The notes beneath the pieces were generated by a model, which worked only from the letters and a program-made list of their open reading frames with translations, did not search any database and was not told where the DNA came from. This document shows, piece by piece, positions 19,520 to 29,142 of a DNA stretch of 64,000 nt (position 1 is the stretch's first letter; each line of letters opens with the position of its first letter). Origin of the DNA: Clostridiales bacterium (GTDB lineage: Bacteria; Bacillota; Clostridia; Christensenellales; CAG-314); the NCBI GenBank assembly GCA_022508375.1, contig JAFLVJ010000001.1, forward strand, positions 66,857 through 130,856, read 5' to 3'. A program made the translations under genes and the position numbers.

Positions 19520-20506
19520 TTGAAAAAAATAATTACAATCACTGTGGCGCTTTTGCTAGTTTTAACGGCTGTTTTCAGCTTTGCGGCATGCAAGAAAAGT
19601 GACGCAATTCGCCTAAACGAAGTAACGCACAGCCTATTTTACACACCGCAGTATCTGGCGATGGCGCTGGGATACTTCGAGGACGAGGGCGTAACCGTAG
19701 AAGTAACCAACGGTCAAGGCGCTAACAACGTAATGACGGCACTACTCACCAACGAAGCGGATATCGGACTTATGGGCGTCGAAGCTAATATATACGTATT
19801 TTTGGAAGGCAAAAAGGACTACCCCAAGGTAGTTGCTCAACTGACAAAGCGTGACGGCAGTTTTTTGGTTGCGCGCAATGACATACCCAACTTCGACTAC
19901 AAGTCAATTGAAAACACGACTTTCCTAATGGGTAGGAAGGGCGGAACTCCTGCCATGATACTTCAATACGTACTCAACAACAAAGGGTACTATGACGGAA
20001 CGAACATCACAATGGACTACTCGATAGAGTTTGGCGCGCTAGGCCCGGCATTTACAGGCGGAACGGGCGACTATGTACCGCTGTTTGAACCGGCAGCAAG
20101 TCAGATTGTCAAGGAAGGCAAGGGATATATCGTGTCGGCAATTGGTATGGACAGCGGCGAAATCCCCTACACCTGCTACTCGGTGTCGTCGAAATTCATG
20201 AATGAGCACCCAGACAAAGTGGAAAGCTTTCTTCGCGCGGTATGGCGCGGAACAGAATACGCGCTCACTCACACAGCGGAAGAATGCGCCGAGCTTGTAT
20301 CCAAGTACTTTGACGGAACCACCATGGATTTACTTGTTGCGGCAATCAAAAACTATCAGGACTTCGACGTGTGGATGACATCACCCATCACCAACAAGGA
20401 CGCATTTAACCGCATGCAGGATATCATGGATAACGCAGGCGAACTTGTCAGCCGCGTAAGCTACGAGGACATTGTAGATAATACGATTGCGAACAAGATT
20501 AAATAA
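19520..20506 (+). CDS. ABC transporter substrate-binding lipoprotein (NMT1/THI5-SsuA-like)
   Basis: TTG start after GGAGGA. Signal peptide with lipobox FAAC. NMT1-like periplasmic-binding-fold sequence. Confidence 0.75.
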   Translation: MKKIITITVALLLVLTAVFSFAACKKSDAIRLNEVTHSLFYTPQYLAMALGYFEDEGVTVEVTNGQGANNVMTALLTNEADIGLMGVEANIYVFLEGKKDYPKVVAQLTKRDGSFLVARNDIPNFDYKSIENTTFLMGRKGGTPAMILQYVLNNKGYYDGTNITMDYSIEFGALGPAFTGGTGDYVPLFEPAASQIVKEGKGYIVSAIGMDSGEIPYTCYSVSSKFMNEHPDKVESFLRAVWRGTEYALTHTAEECAELVSKYFDGTTMDLLVAAIKNYQDFDVWMTSPITNKDAFNRMQDIMDNAGELVSRVSYEDIVDNTIANKIK

Positions 20507-20524
20507 TGTAACTAACTATTTTAC

Positions 20525-20643
20525 GTGTGGACTTAGAACCGAGCAAGATTAGGCAAGTAAGCATTTCGAGAAAGCGTACTAGGCGTAACTACTCGAAGTA
20601 ATGCGGAACTTAACAACGTATTGCGACGGTTATAAGCCCACTC
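20525..20643 (+). repeat. family A structured intergenic repeat, copy A3
   Basis: Closing stem GTGTGGACTTA/TAAGCCCACTC. The core TTAGAACCGAGCAAGATTAGGCAAG...GCGTACTAGGCGTAAC lies between two genes of one operon. Confidence 0.65.
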
Positions 20644-20663
20644 GACAAGGAGTACAAAAGTCA

Positions 20664-21407
20664 ATGTCTATACTACAACTACAGGACGTAAGCAAGGTCT
20701 TTTACACCAAGACGCAACAGACAACAGCAGTATCGCATCTGTCACTGGAAGTAAACGCAGGCGAATTTGTGGCATTGATTGGACCGTCAGGTTGTGGCAA
20801 AACCACCATTTTGTCACTGATTAGCGGGTTACTTGCGCCAACAAGCGGAAAGATCGTGACAAGCGGCGACAATGCAATCGGCTACATGCTTCAACGCGAC
20901 CAACTGTTTGAGTGGCGCACTATCGAAAAGAACGTAACGCTCGGGTTGGAAATCAAACATAAAAATACGCCGGAAATGCGGGCGCATGCCTTCGAATTAC
21001 TCAAGAAATACGGATTGTGGGAATTTCGCAAGCACTATCCGCAACAGATAAGTGGCGGTATGCGCCAAAGAGTTGCGCTCATTCGTACACTTGCAACCGA
21101 TCCCGACCTACTACTGCTTGACGAACCTTTTTCGGCGCTGGATTTTCAAACACGGTTGGAAGTGTGCGACGACGTGTACTCGATAATCAAGAAGGAAAAT
21201 AAAACTGCCCTTCTCGTTACACACGATATATCGGAGGCAATTTCGCTTGCGGACAGAATTATCGTATTGACCGCACGACCTGCTACGGTGCTTACCGTAC
21301 AAGAAACGGGACTTAACGATATAGATTCGCCACTTAAACGGCGTCAAAGCCCTAAATTCAGCAAGCAATTTGAAATATTGCACAGCTATCTACACGGAAC
21401 AATCTAA
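20664..21407 (+). CDS. ABC transporter ATP-binding protein (NitT/TauT/Ssu family)
   Basis: GPSGCGKTT, ISGGMRQRVALIRTL and LLLLDEPFSALD. The start is moved to MSILQLQDV after AAGGAG, because the track start lies inside repeat A3. Confidence 0.9.
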   Translation: MSILQLQDVSKVFYTKTQQTTAVSHLSLEVNAGEFVALIGPSGCGKTTILSLISGLLAPTSGKIVTSGDNAIGYMLQRDQLFEWRTIEKNVTLGLEIKHKNTPEMRAHAFELLKKYGLWEFRKHYPQQISGGMRQRVALIRTLATDPDLLLLDEPFSALDFQTRLEVCDDVYSIIKKENKTALLVTHDISEAISLADRIIVLTARPATVLTVQETGLNDIDSPLKRRQSPKFSKQFEILHSYLHGTI

Positions 21408-21416
21408 CAGAAAGTT

Positions 21417-22229
21417 ATGAATACAAGTAAGAAAAAAACATTCACGCGAGAACACTTATTGTTTTTGCGGAATCAAAAACGAAGAAAAATTTTTGTACAC
21501 GTTACACAAGTGGGCGTATTGATATTGCTACTGTGGCTGTGGGAGCTTGCAGCGACACTCGGATGGATTGACAGCTTTATTATGAGCAGCCCCTCGCGCA
21601 TATGGAACACGCTAAAGGAATTGATTGGCGCAGGTACGTTGTGGAAACATATGGGAGTGTCACTACTTGAAACGTTAGCAGGATTTGCAATCGGCACGAC
21701 TCTGGGATACCTTGTAGCTGTAATACTGTGGTGGAACACGTTTCTCAAGGACGTATTTGAACCGTACGTGGTAGTTTTGAACAGCCTTCCCAAGATTGCA
21801 CTCGGTCCTATTATCATAATATGGGCGGGCACGGGTAAGGCGTCGATAATAACCATGGCGGTATTGATAAGCGTAGTAATAACAACCATTACGATATTAA
21901 ACGGATTTCTTGCAACGGACAAGGATAAGGCGCTACTGCTTCGCTCGATGGGTGCAAATAAGCTACAGATATTTACCAAGCTTGTGGCGCCATCCAACGT
22001 GCCTACGCTAATGGCAACGTTAAAGATAAACGTAGGAATGGCATGGATTGGTTCCATTATGGGCGAATACCTTGTTTCCAAGGAAGGATTGGGGTATTTG
22101 ATAGTTTACGGCTCGCAAGTTTTCCGACTGGATCTTGTCATGACCTGCACCATTGTACTGTGTCTGCTTGCCGGTGTAATGTACGCGATAGTTTCCATAC
22201 TGGAAAAGATTGTGGTAAAAAGGTTTTAA
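21417..22229 (+). CDS. ABC transporter permease (BPD_transp_1, SsuC-like)
   Basis: Six TM segments and an EAA-like loop (LLRSMGANKLQIFTKLVAPSNVP). Confidence 0.85.
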   Translation: MNTSKKKTFTREHLLFLRNQKRRKIFVHVTQVGVLILLLWLWELAATLGWIDSFIMSSPSRIWNTLKELIGAGTLWKHMGVSLLETLAGFAIGTTLGYLVAVILWWNTFLKDVFEPYVVVLNSLPKIALGPIIIIWAGTGKASIITMAVLISVVITTITILNGFLATDKDKALLLRSMGANKLQIFTKLVAPSNVPTLMATLKINVGMAWIGSIMGEYLVSKEGLGYLIVYGSQVFRLDLVMTCTIVLCLLAGVMYAIVSILEKIVVKRF

Positions 22230-22234
22230 TAATA

Positions 22235-22318
22235 GGCTCAGGTATTTCGAAAAAGATTCCCCACTGCGCTATCGCTGCGTTCCCCTATCGGAGTCACTTT
22301 TTTCGAAACACCTGAGCC
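22235..22318 (+). repeat. family B palindromic intergenic repeat, copy B2 (best-formed)
   Basis: GGCTCAGGTATTTCGAAAAAGATTCCCCACTGCGCTATCGCTGCGTTCCCCTATCGGAGTCACTTTTTTCGAAACACCTGAGCC. The outer ~21-bp arms are nearly perfectly complementary. Confidence 0.85.
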
Positions 22319-22389
22319 TTATACAATGAACGGTCAACAATATTTTCAATTATTTGCATATTTATAATCCGCGCGAAATACTACTTAAT

Positions 22390-23370
22390 ATGAATAAATT
22401 AAACGCACTATTGGGCGACGTGGCTGTAACAGTCGGCTGCTGTATCGGAGTAGGATTTTTGAGCGGAAAGGAAGCGCAGGTGTTTTTCGGAAACGTATTT
22501 AACGTAGCGATATTTGCCGTAGTGTTTTTTGTTGCCAACCTTGCTTTAAGAGAATACTGTCGAATGCACCGTTGCGACACAGTAGGAAGACTGTCGTCAA
22601 GCCTATTCGGCAAAGTATCTAAGGTGTGTAACGTAGGAATAGCCTTATGTAGTTTCGTGTGTATAGTTACGGTACTGGCAGGCGTTGAGCAATGTTTATC
22701 AAGTATGTTTTACCTGAGCAAGCTTCCCTTGTACGCCTTCGTAACTGCGCTAATTGCAACGCTACTACTGCGCCGCGACATAAAAGCGCTTAAATATGCC
22801 AACTTCGTAGCCATTGTCATGGCGGTGATATTGATAATTTTATTATGTCACAACTCGCACGAATGTGTTGACAACCTGCAAGTACCTATATATCAACCGA
22901 TTATCTACGCGTTGTTTTCCATCACGATGTCGCTGGGCGTAACAACACAGCTCGCCGGCAAGGCAAGTCGAAATCATAACGTTTTATCCGCAGCAATTGC
23001 AAGCGTAATTGTCGCCTCAATGATGATTGTAATGTTACGGTTAAGTAACTCTAACGTACAACTACCGGCTTTAAACAATATTACTAGTCCAATATTGCTT
23101 GCATACGCCGTAGTAACACTACTTTTATCGGCAGTAACTGGAATTGTCGCAAACGCATATCCTATCGTTCAAGAACTGAAAAGTTTAATAACTGACGACA
23201 CTGTATGTAACGCCTTGATATTCGGTACGGCGCTAGCGTTTAGTATGTTCGGGTTCGACTTCGCGGTAAAATTCGGTTACATGCTTGTAAGCGCTTTCGG
23301 TTTGGCTGTTGTTGTGTTGATAATATTTAAGATGATAATTAAAAGAAATAAATCACGAATTTCAACATGA
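22390..23370 (+). CDS. YkvI-like multi-pass membrane transporter family protein
   Basis: The N-terminal GVGFLSGKEAQVFF motif resembles YkvI (GAGFASGQE..FF), followed by about 10 hydrophobic segments. The start is moved to MNKLNALLG. Confidence 0.5.
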   Translation: MNKLNALLGDVAVTVGCCIGVGFLSGKEAQVFFGNVFNVAIFAVVFFVANLALREYCRMHRCDTVGRLSSSLFGKVSKVCNVGIALCSFVCIVTVLAGVEQCLSSMFYLSKLPLYAFVTALIATLLLRRDIKALKYANFVAIVMAVILIILLCHNSHECVDNLQVPIYQPIIYALFSITMSLGVTTQLAGKASRNHNVLSAAIASVIVASMMIVMLRLSNSNVQLPALNNITSPILLAYAVVTLLLSAVTGIVANAYPIVQELKSLITDDTVCNALIFGTALAFSMFGFDFAVKFGYMLVSAFGLAVVVLIIFKMIIKRNKSRIST

Positions 23371-23372
23371 TA

Positions 23373-23405
23373 AAAAGGTTCCCATTATTGAATCGGGAAC
23401 CTTTT
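23373..23405. terminator. bidirectional terminator hairpin
   Basis: AAAAGGTTCCC-loop-GGGAACCTTTT. Confidence 0.75.
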
Positions 23406-23457
23406 GCTATTCAACTTTTTGATATCTTCTTGTTGTAAGTAATAACAGTTATACAAA

Positions 23458-25176
23458 TTATATTTTAAAGTGTTTTTCCAAAAATTGCTTGTACAGAGCT
23501 TGTTCGTCGTCGGCAAAATACGCCCTTTCATTACTTGTTGCAAAGCGCTTGTAGCTGATAGAAAGCAAGGCGTAAGCAAGCTGTCTGACAGTGTCGATAT
23601 TTTCGTTAAACGTACAATTAAATACTTTTTTAATAAGTTTATAGGAGTTTTCCAACTTCCTGACGGACACGGTGCGCAATGAAGCCGCCACCGCTAGCGC
23701 CGAAACGAATGCTTTGTCACTTACAGTAAGTTGGGACAAATCCAAGGCGTAAAATCCGTTGTTTGTGGACATTACAAGCTTGTCCCTATACCCCAGTTGT
23801 ATCATCTTGCGCAGAAAATCCATATTTAACGACGACTCGGATATTATGCCGGCAAGACACCGCTTGGCAAAGTCGAAAAACTGCTCCTTATCTTGCGGAA
23901 TGAAGTTTACAACTATCGCGCCGAGGGCATTTGCCTCCTTATAAAACGAATCGACGTCCGCCTTAATGATACAGCCAAGGCATAGCTTGTACAGGCATTG
24001 AATGAGCAGATAACTGTCCGCGCCCAAATACAAATTGTCCTGCTCCATGTCTTGTAGCAAGGCGAACTGGGCAACGGACGACAGCTGCGTGGGAATATCG
24101 AAGTGTCGCGCAAGGCTGTTTTTGGTTGTGACTGTATCCAACGCTACCTTGATATGCTTATTGAAATATGTTAGATACGTTTGCGCCACTCCGTCCCAAG
24201 GTACTGCGCGCAAAAGCAACAATATGGCTTCTCGCGCCAAATCATGCTTGCCACAGTTGAAAAACGTTCGCGCGCACAATGCAAGTGCTGAACACCCCGC
24301 GTCCTTGTAGTGAGAGTACAGTATTTCGGTAAGCTTCAAGGTGACTTCGCCGTGACCTATATTCGACGACGCAATTTGAACGTAGTCCATCATGGCAAGG
24401 TCGCTTATTTCCTCGCCGTAGTTAATTAACCTTTGAAGCAGTTGCTCCAAGACGTCGGCGTATTTGACGCTTGAGCGAGACAGGATCTGTACGCAGGCAC
24501 CCAATCCGCGCGCTGTGACTTCCGTTGATAAGGCGTAACGAAATGCAAAGGGTACGCCGTCCTCCCACCGCTGCTCGGTAAGACACAAAAACAGCTGCAT
24601 TTCCAAAGTCTGATCGTCGTCAGTTTCGATTCCCATAAATTGATCGCGAAGTTCCACACCTTCGGCAATATTGCCCTCCAAAAAGGCGCGTTCCATTCGC
24701 TGACACAAATTTAGGCTAAACTCGGGTGACTTAACGTCGTAAAAAATACTTCGTTGCGACTTATTCCCTACCGTGTACTCCAACACCTCGGCAAGCATTT
24801 CGTCGTCGTCCGTATCGAAATAGTCGTCGTACTCAAGTGAGTAAAAGCCAAGCAAATCCTCGTCGGCGCTGAGTTTATTCACGTCGCTTTGCGAATCCTT
24901 GTTGCCCATATACCCCGAAATCAGCTCCACTGCGTCGCCAAGCTTGTTGACGTCCTCGCAGCAATTGTGGGTGAAGTAATACTTGGCAATCATATTTCGG
25001 TACAATTCGGTAGCGTATCCTACGTCGCGAAGCGCGCATAGACACCCTATCTGGTTGAGCATGCTTTCGTAGCTATCAACGCGCGCAAAAAGACACAGGG
25101 CGTCGAAATACTCCCCTGCGTCCACCTTGGCAAGTCCTGCCGAAAATATTGCTTTGTCGTTGAGATTTATTGTCAT
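23458..25176 (-). CDS. 572-aa helical-repeat protein, function unknown
   Basis: Long ORF 10 nt downstream of hslO with an alpha-helical, TPR-like composition. I recognise no family motif. Confidence 0.6.
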   Translation of the reverse strand: MTINLNDKAIFSAGLAKVDAGEYFDALCLFARVDSYESMLNQIGCLCALRDVGYATELYRNMIAKYYFTHNCCEDVNKLGDAVELISGYMGNKDSQSDVNKLSADEDLLGFYSLEYDDYFDTDDDEMLAEVLEYTVGNKSQRSIFYDVKSPEFSLNLCQRMERAFLEGNIAEGVELRDQFMGIETDDDQTLEMQLFLCLTEQRWEDGVPFAFRYALSTEVTARGLGACVQILSRSSVKYADVLEQLLQRLINYGEEISDLAMMDYVQIASSNIGHGEVTLKLTEILYSHYKDAGCSALALCARTFFNCGKHDLAREAILLLLRAVPWDGVAQTYLTYFNKHIKVALDTVTTKNSLARHFDIPTQLSSVAQFALLQDMEQDNLYLGADSYLLIQCLYKLCLGCIIKADVDSFYKEANALGAIVVNFIPQDKEQFFDFAKRCLAGIISESSLNMDFLRKMIQLGYRDKLVMSTNNGFYALDLSQLTVSDKAFVSALAVAASLRTVSVRKLENSYKLIKKVFNCTFNENIDTVRQLAYALLSISYKRFATSNERAYFADDEQALYKQFLEKHFKI

Positions 25177-25186
25177 TAGCTAGCTT

Positions 25187-26050
25187 CTATTTGCCAAAAA
25201 GCTTGTTTACAGCCTCTTGGTCGTAAACGTATTTCTTTCCGCAAAAGTGGCAGCACACCTCTATTTGCCCCATTTCCGCAACAATTGAATCCGCCTCGCT
25301 TTTGCCAAGGCTCCTAACGACGCGATTGATCTTGCGCTTGTTACAGTTGCACTTGTAGCTTACCGTCGAGCTTTCGGTAATTACGGGATTGAAACGTCCG
25401 AAAAAGCGCATTATTACTTCCTCAGCCGTGCTTCCGTCAAATTGATAGCTCATTTCGTCCATGGCGTACATTACCGTTTCCAATTGAGATAGCAGTTCAT
25501 CAGGACAACTGGGCATTACCTGCACGAACACACCACCGGCGGACGTACAACGCTTTTTGTTTAATCCAACGCCGAGCGTTACCCCACAGGGTTGTTGCTC
25601 GCTGGTCGCGTAGTAATAGGCAAAGTCCGATGCGATTTCACCGCTAACAAGCTTAGAGGTGCCAACATAAGGCTGTTTAAGCCCTATATCCTTGATGACT
25701 GTAAGTTGACCGTCACACCCAACAGCCATTCCTACGTCGAGGTGACCGTCGGGTTTTACGACGGTTTCCACAACGGGGTTATCAACGTCACCCTTCACGT
25801 GTCCGTCGCCGTCGGCGCATACGGTGATTTTACCAAGCGGACCACCGCCGTCAATAGTTACGGTAAGGTAATCCTCTTTGTTTTTAAATTCCTTGCCCAT
25901 CAATGCCGCCATAGTGAGCGCACGACCCAAAGCCGCTGCGGCAACGGGGGAAAGATTGTGTATTTTTATTGCACGGTTAACTATATCCTTGCTTTCCACA
26001 GCGGATATTATCACAGAGTTTTGTATTATCGCTTTTGTTAATATTGACAT
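25187..26050 (-). CDS. hslO: redox-regulated chaperone Hsp33
   Basis: C-terminal zinc centre CNCNKRK...CCHFCGKKY and an Hsp33 N-domain. Confidence 0.9.
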   Translation of the reverse strand: MSILTKAIIQNSVIISAVESKDIVNRAIKIHNLSPVAAAALGRALTMAALMGKEFKNKEDYLTVTIDGGGPLGKITVCADGDGHVKGDVDNPVVETVVKPDGHLDVGMAVGCDGQLTVIKDIGLKQPYVGTSKLVSGEIASDFAYYYATSEQQPCGVTLGVGLNKKRCTSAGGVFVQVMPSCPDELLSQLETVMYAMDEMSYQFDGSTAEEVIMRFFGRFNPVITESSTVSYKCNCNKRKINRVVRSLGKSEADSIVAEMGQIEVCCHFCGKKYVYDQEAVNKLFGK

Positions 26051-26060
26051 ATTGTTTCCT

Positions 26061-26780
26061 TTATTTTTTTGTTGCGTAAAAGCTTATTCGTTGACTTGTT
26101 GCAGATAACGGCTCGCCGTAGTCGGAAGAAACTTCGATTACTTCAAAGCCCGCGTTATCAAGTGCCGACTGCACGTACGAAACCGTATGTATATATTGCA
26201 GATGACGTTCGTCATGTCGTACGTAACGCCCGTTGCCGTCATCAACGAACAGGGTCAGGTTCATTTCCACAGTATCGCCCTTAAAGCTGTTGGACCACAA
26301 GAGAGTTTCGCCTTCGTCATCCCAAAAGAATACGTTACTACCCACTATCTGCGTAAGCTTGTATTCGCTTGACACGTCAAATACAAACGGAGCGCCTTGC
26401 TTTACGTTTGCCGCAACCCGCTTGAAAAACGGAACCAGCTCGCTCGGCTTAAGGTAATTAACTCCGTCATTGATACAAATTGCCATGTCCACAGCGTGGG
26501 CAAGTTGAAGCTTTGTCATGTCCTGTTGAACGAATTTCGCCTTGCACTTGGTCTGCGCGACGTTTAGCATATCGATACTTCGGTCTATGCCGATAGCGCG
26601 TAATCCGAGGTCTGATAGGCGCTTGGTCATCTTACCTGTACCGCATGCGATGTCAACAATTTCGCAAACGGTATGTTTTTTTGCAATATTATACAAATAT
26701 TGCGACCAACGTTCGTAGTCGCAATCTTTGTGTGTAAATTTGTCGTAGTAACCTGCTAATATCGAATAATTTTGATTCAT
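26061..26780 (-). CDS. class I SAM-dependent methyltransferase
   Basis: Motif I is VDIACGTGKMT, followed by GIDRSIDML. Confidence 0.8.
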   Translation of the reverse strand: MNQNYSILAGYYDKFTHKDCDYERWSQYLYNIAKKHTVCEIVDIACGTGKMTKRLSDLGLRAIGIDRSIDMLNVAQTKCKAKFVQQDMTKLQLAHAVDMAICINDGVNYLKPSELVPFFKRVAANVKQGAPFVFDVSSEYKLTQIVGSNVFFWDDEGETLLWSNSFKGDTVEMNLTLFVDDGNGRYVRHDERHLQYIHTVSYVQSALDNAGFEVIEVSSDYGEPLSATSQRISFYATKK

Positions 26781-27928
26781 CAGTTTTTATTGTCGTCGTT
26801 TAACTTGTCGATGGCGTACGCGTCGTCATCCATAGCGTAGGCGTCCGATTCACTGTTGGAAATTTCGCTGTCGGTAATATTTTCAACCTTAACGGAATCA
26901 TTGGCAACCACCTGCATTTTGTCCACTAGTTCGTCGCTAGCCGTAGGTTGCTCAACATTGGATTTACCGTTCTGTTTGCCCTTCTTGGACTTGGATTCGT
27001 GTTGTTCCTGTTCCATGGTTACGGCGTCCTGTTGCTTGGATTGCTTTTTCTTCTTTACTTCTACGGGGTGGAACAGCGCAAACGTCTTCATCATGTGCGT
27101 CTGCCACACCAACGGGAAGTACAATCCACCAAACATCAACAGTACAATAAGATAAATCTGTTGCAACAATCCGCCACGGAAAATAAAGTACAGTGCGATT
27201 GGAGCCAACGCCAATACCATGTGAATAAGGTTAGGCAACACATTTAACCACAAAAGATGCCAACTGTCATCCAGGTTTTGCCTTACCGATTGCTTGTAAG
27301 TGACGGATACCGAGCAAAGTATTGCCAAGTATATCACAACAAATAGCAAAACAATTGAAAGTAGTACCGCAAGCACTATCGCAAGCCACAAAATGCTGCC
27401 GCTGAGCGCTATGAACATGCTGTAAATTCCCATTACGGACAATGCAATCACCGCCGTTGTGACGAAAGCGTATATAATGTTGGCTTTGAGCCCTTTCCAC
27501 ATGCTCTTGAACACGCCCACAGCGGAAAGTTTACCCGTCCAAAAGGCGTCGCGAATGACAGCAAAGCCACCGGACAGCATCACTGTTATAAGCAGTGACG
27601 ACAATACGGTAAACCAACCGTATGTGAAATTGCTTTGCTGAACTTGCGTGGCGTAGTATTCGTCAATGCCCATCCAAGCGCCGGTAGAGAAACCGAAACT
27701 GTTGAGTACAGGCAAAGTTTGGGAAATTTCCGTCGTGTGCATATTTCCCAACATCAATACAACGAATATCGGAGCAAGACACACCACCATCAAAAAGTTG
27801 AAGCCGAATAGCCTCCAAATGTTTTCGCGGTAAATAACCTTAAAAAACTGCCATGTGTTAAGTCTGTTTAAGCGTTTGGTAACGTGCGAATTACGCTCGT
27901 TTTCCAGTTTGATTCTACTGTAATCCAT
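26780..27928 (-). CDS. multi-pass membrane protein with an acidic C-terminal tail (possibly DUF624/YesL-like)
   Basis: The start is moved to MDYSRIKLE after AAGGAAA. Six or more TM segments. The DUF624 assignment is tentative. Confidence 0.55.
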   Translation of the reverse strand: MDYSRIKLENERNSHVTKRLNRLNTWQFFKVIYRENIWRLFGFNFLMVVCLAPIFVVLMLGNMHTTEISQTLPVLNSFGFSTGAWMGIDEYYATQVQQSNFTYGWFTVLSSLLITVMLSGGFAVIRDAFWTGKLSAVGVFKSMWKGLKANIIYAFVTTAVIALSVMGIYSMFIALSGSILWLAIVLAVLLSIVLLFVVIYLAILCSVSVTYKQSVRQNLDDSWHLLWLNVLPNLIHMVLALAPIALYFIFRGGLLQQIYLIVLLMFGGLYFPLVWQTHMMKTFALFHPVEVKKKKQSKQQDAVTMEQEQHESKSKKGKQNGKSNVEQPTASDELVDKMQVVANDSVKVENITDSEISNSESDAYAMDDDAYAIDKLNDDNKN

Positions 27929-28170
27929 ATCGATTTCCTTTTTAATGCGAAGATTGCATATTTTTACGTATATATTGTAACAAATAATATTTATTTTATC
28001 AAGTATATTGCGACTTTTTATTACTAAGATAAAATGTCGATTAAACAAAGGCGAATGTTTGATACTGATTTACATAGATGTGATGGACTAAAGGCATACC
28101 GACGCTAATATTCCCTCAGTTATGTCAAAATATTACAAAATCATGCATATTATATTGTCAAAGGAGTTAT

Positions 28171-29142
28171 ATGGTTAATATTGCTATTGTAGGCGCAACG
28201 GGACTTGTCGGGGAAAAACTTACGCAAATTTTGTTGCAAAAAATGCCACGTGCGTGTCTCAGATTATTCGGCAACACGTCGGTAGGAAACAGGGTGGTTT
28301 GCAACGGAAAGCAGTTTGTAGTTGAGGACACCGAAAGTCTGCTTACAGCGCAGTTGGACTACGCAATGTTTATGGCGACAAACGAAGTGTCGGCAAGATA
28401 CATTCCCCTACTTGTAGCAAAGGGTGTCACCTGTATAGACAACAGTTCGACGTTCCGCTTAAACGATGACGTTCCGCTTGTGGTAACTTGCATTAACGGC
28501 GACAAGATTGGGACGCACAAGTTGATTGCCAACCCCAATTGCTCTACCATTCAGGTTGTAATAGCAATAAACGCACTCAAGTCATTGCATCCGACAAAGC
28601 TTACCGCAGTCACATATCAGGCAGTAAGCGGCGCAGGAAAAAAAGCTTTAAATGACCTAAATATGAAAAACGGTTACGGAAAATTGAACGAATTTCGTCA
28701 TCCGATATACGACAACGTTATACCGCTAATCGGTGAAATACGAAAGGACGGATTTACGACCGAGGAACGGAAACTGACCGATGAAAGCCGAAAAATACTC
28801 GAATTACCGCATCTCAAGGTGAATGCTTTTTGCGCACGAATACCTGTATCTGTCGGTCACAGTGTATTTGTCAACGTGCGCTTTAAGGAAAAGTTTAACA
28901 CGGATACTGTTACACAACTGCTTAGCAATGCTCCCAACATTTTACTACTGGACGATCCTAACTCAGGTCTGTACCCTATGCCGATGACATTACGCAATAC
29001 CAAATACGTTGGCGTAGGCAGAGTCACCAAAGACCCCACAGATAACGCGGTAAACTTCTTCGTGGTGGCGGACAACCTGCTTAGAGGCGCGGCGTACAAC
29101 GCTTTCGAAATACTCAAATACTGTCTTGGAGACACAACATGA
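28171..29142 (+). CDS. asd: aspartate-semialdehyde dehydrogenase
   Basis: IAIVGATGLVG, the active-site NPNCSTIQ, and SGAGKKA. Confidence 0.92.
   Translation: MVNIAIVGATGLVGEKLTQILLQKMPRACLRLFGNTSVGNRVVCNGKQFVVEDTESLLTAQLDYAMFMATNEVSARYIPLLVAKGVTCIDNSSTFRLNDDVPLVVTCINGDKIGTHKLIANPNCSTIQVVIAINALKSLHPTKLTAVTYQAVSGAGKKALNDLNMKNGYGKLNEFRHPIYDNVIPLIGEIRKDGFTTEERKLTDESRKILELPHLKVNAFCARIPVSVGHSVFVNVRFKEKFNTDTVTQLLSNAPNILLLDDPNSGLYPMPMTLRNTKYVGVGRVTKDPTDNAVNFFVVADNLLRGAAYNAFEILKYCLGDTT

Noticed and set aside
21473-22081. 202-aa minus-strand ORF inside the ABC permease gene
   Set aside because: It is an antisense shadow of a clear BPD-type permease with the expected TM pattern.
28049-28170. Possible lysine (L-box) riboswitch upstream of asd-dapA-dapB, and likewise upstream of ddh at 1938-2136
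   Set aside because: Both leaders are short and AT-rich, with no conserved L-box helices or the AGAGGCGC-type core.
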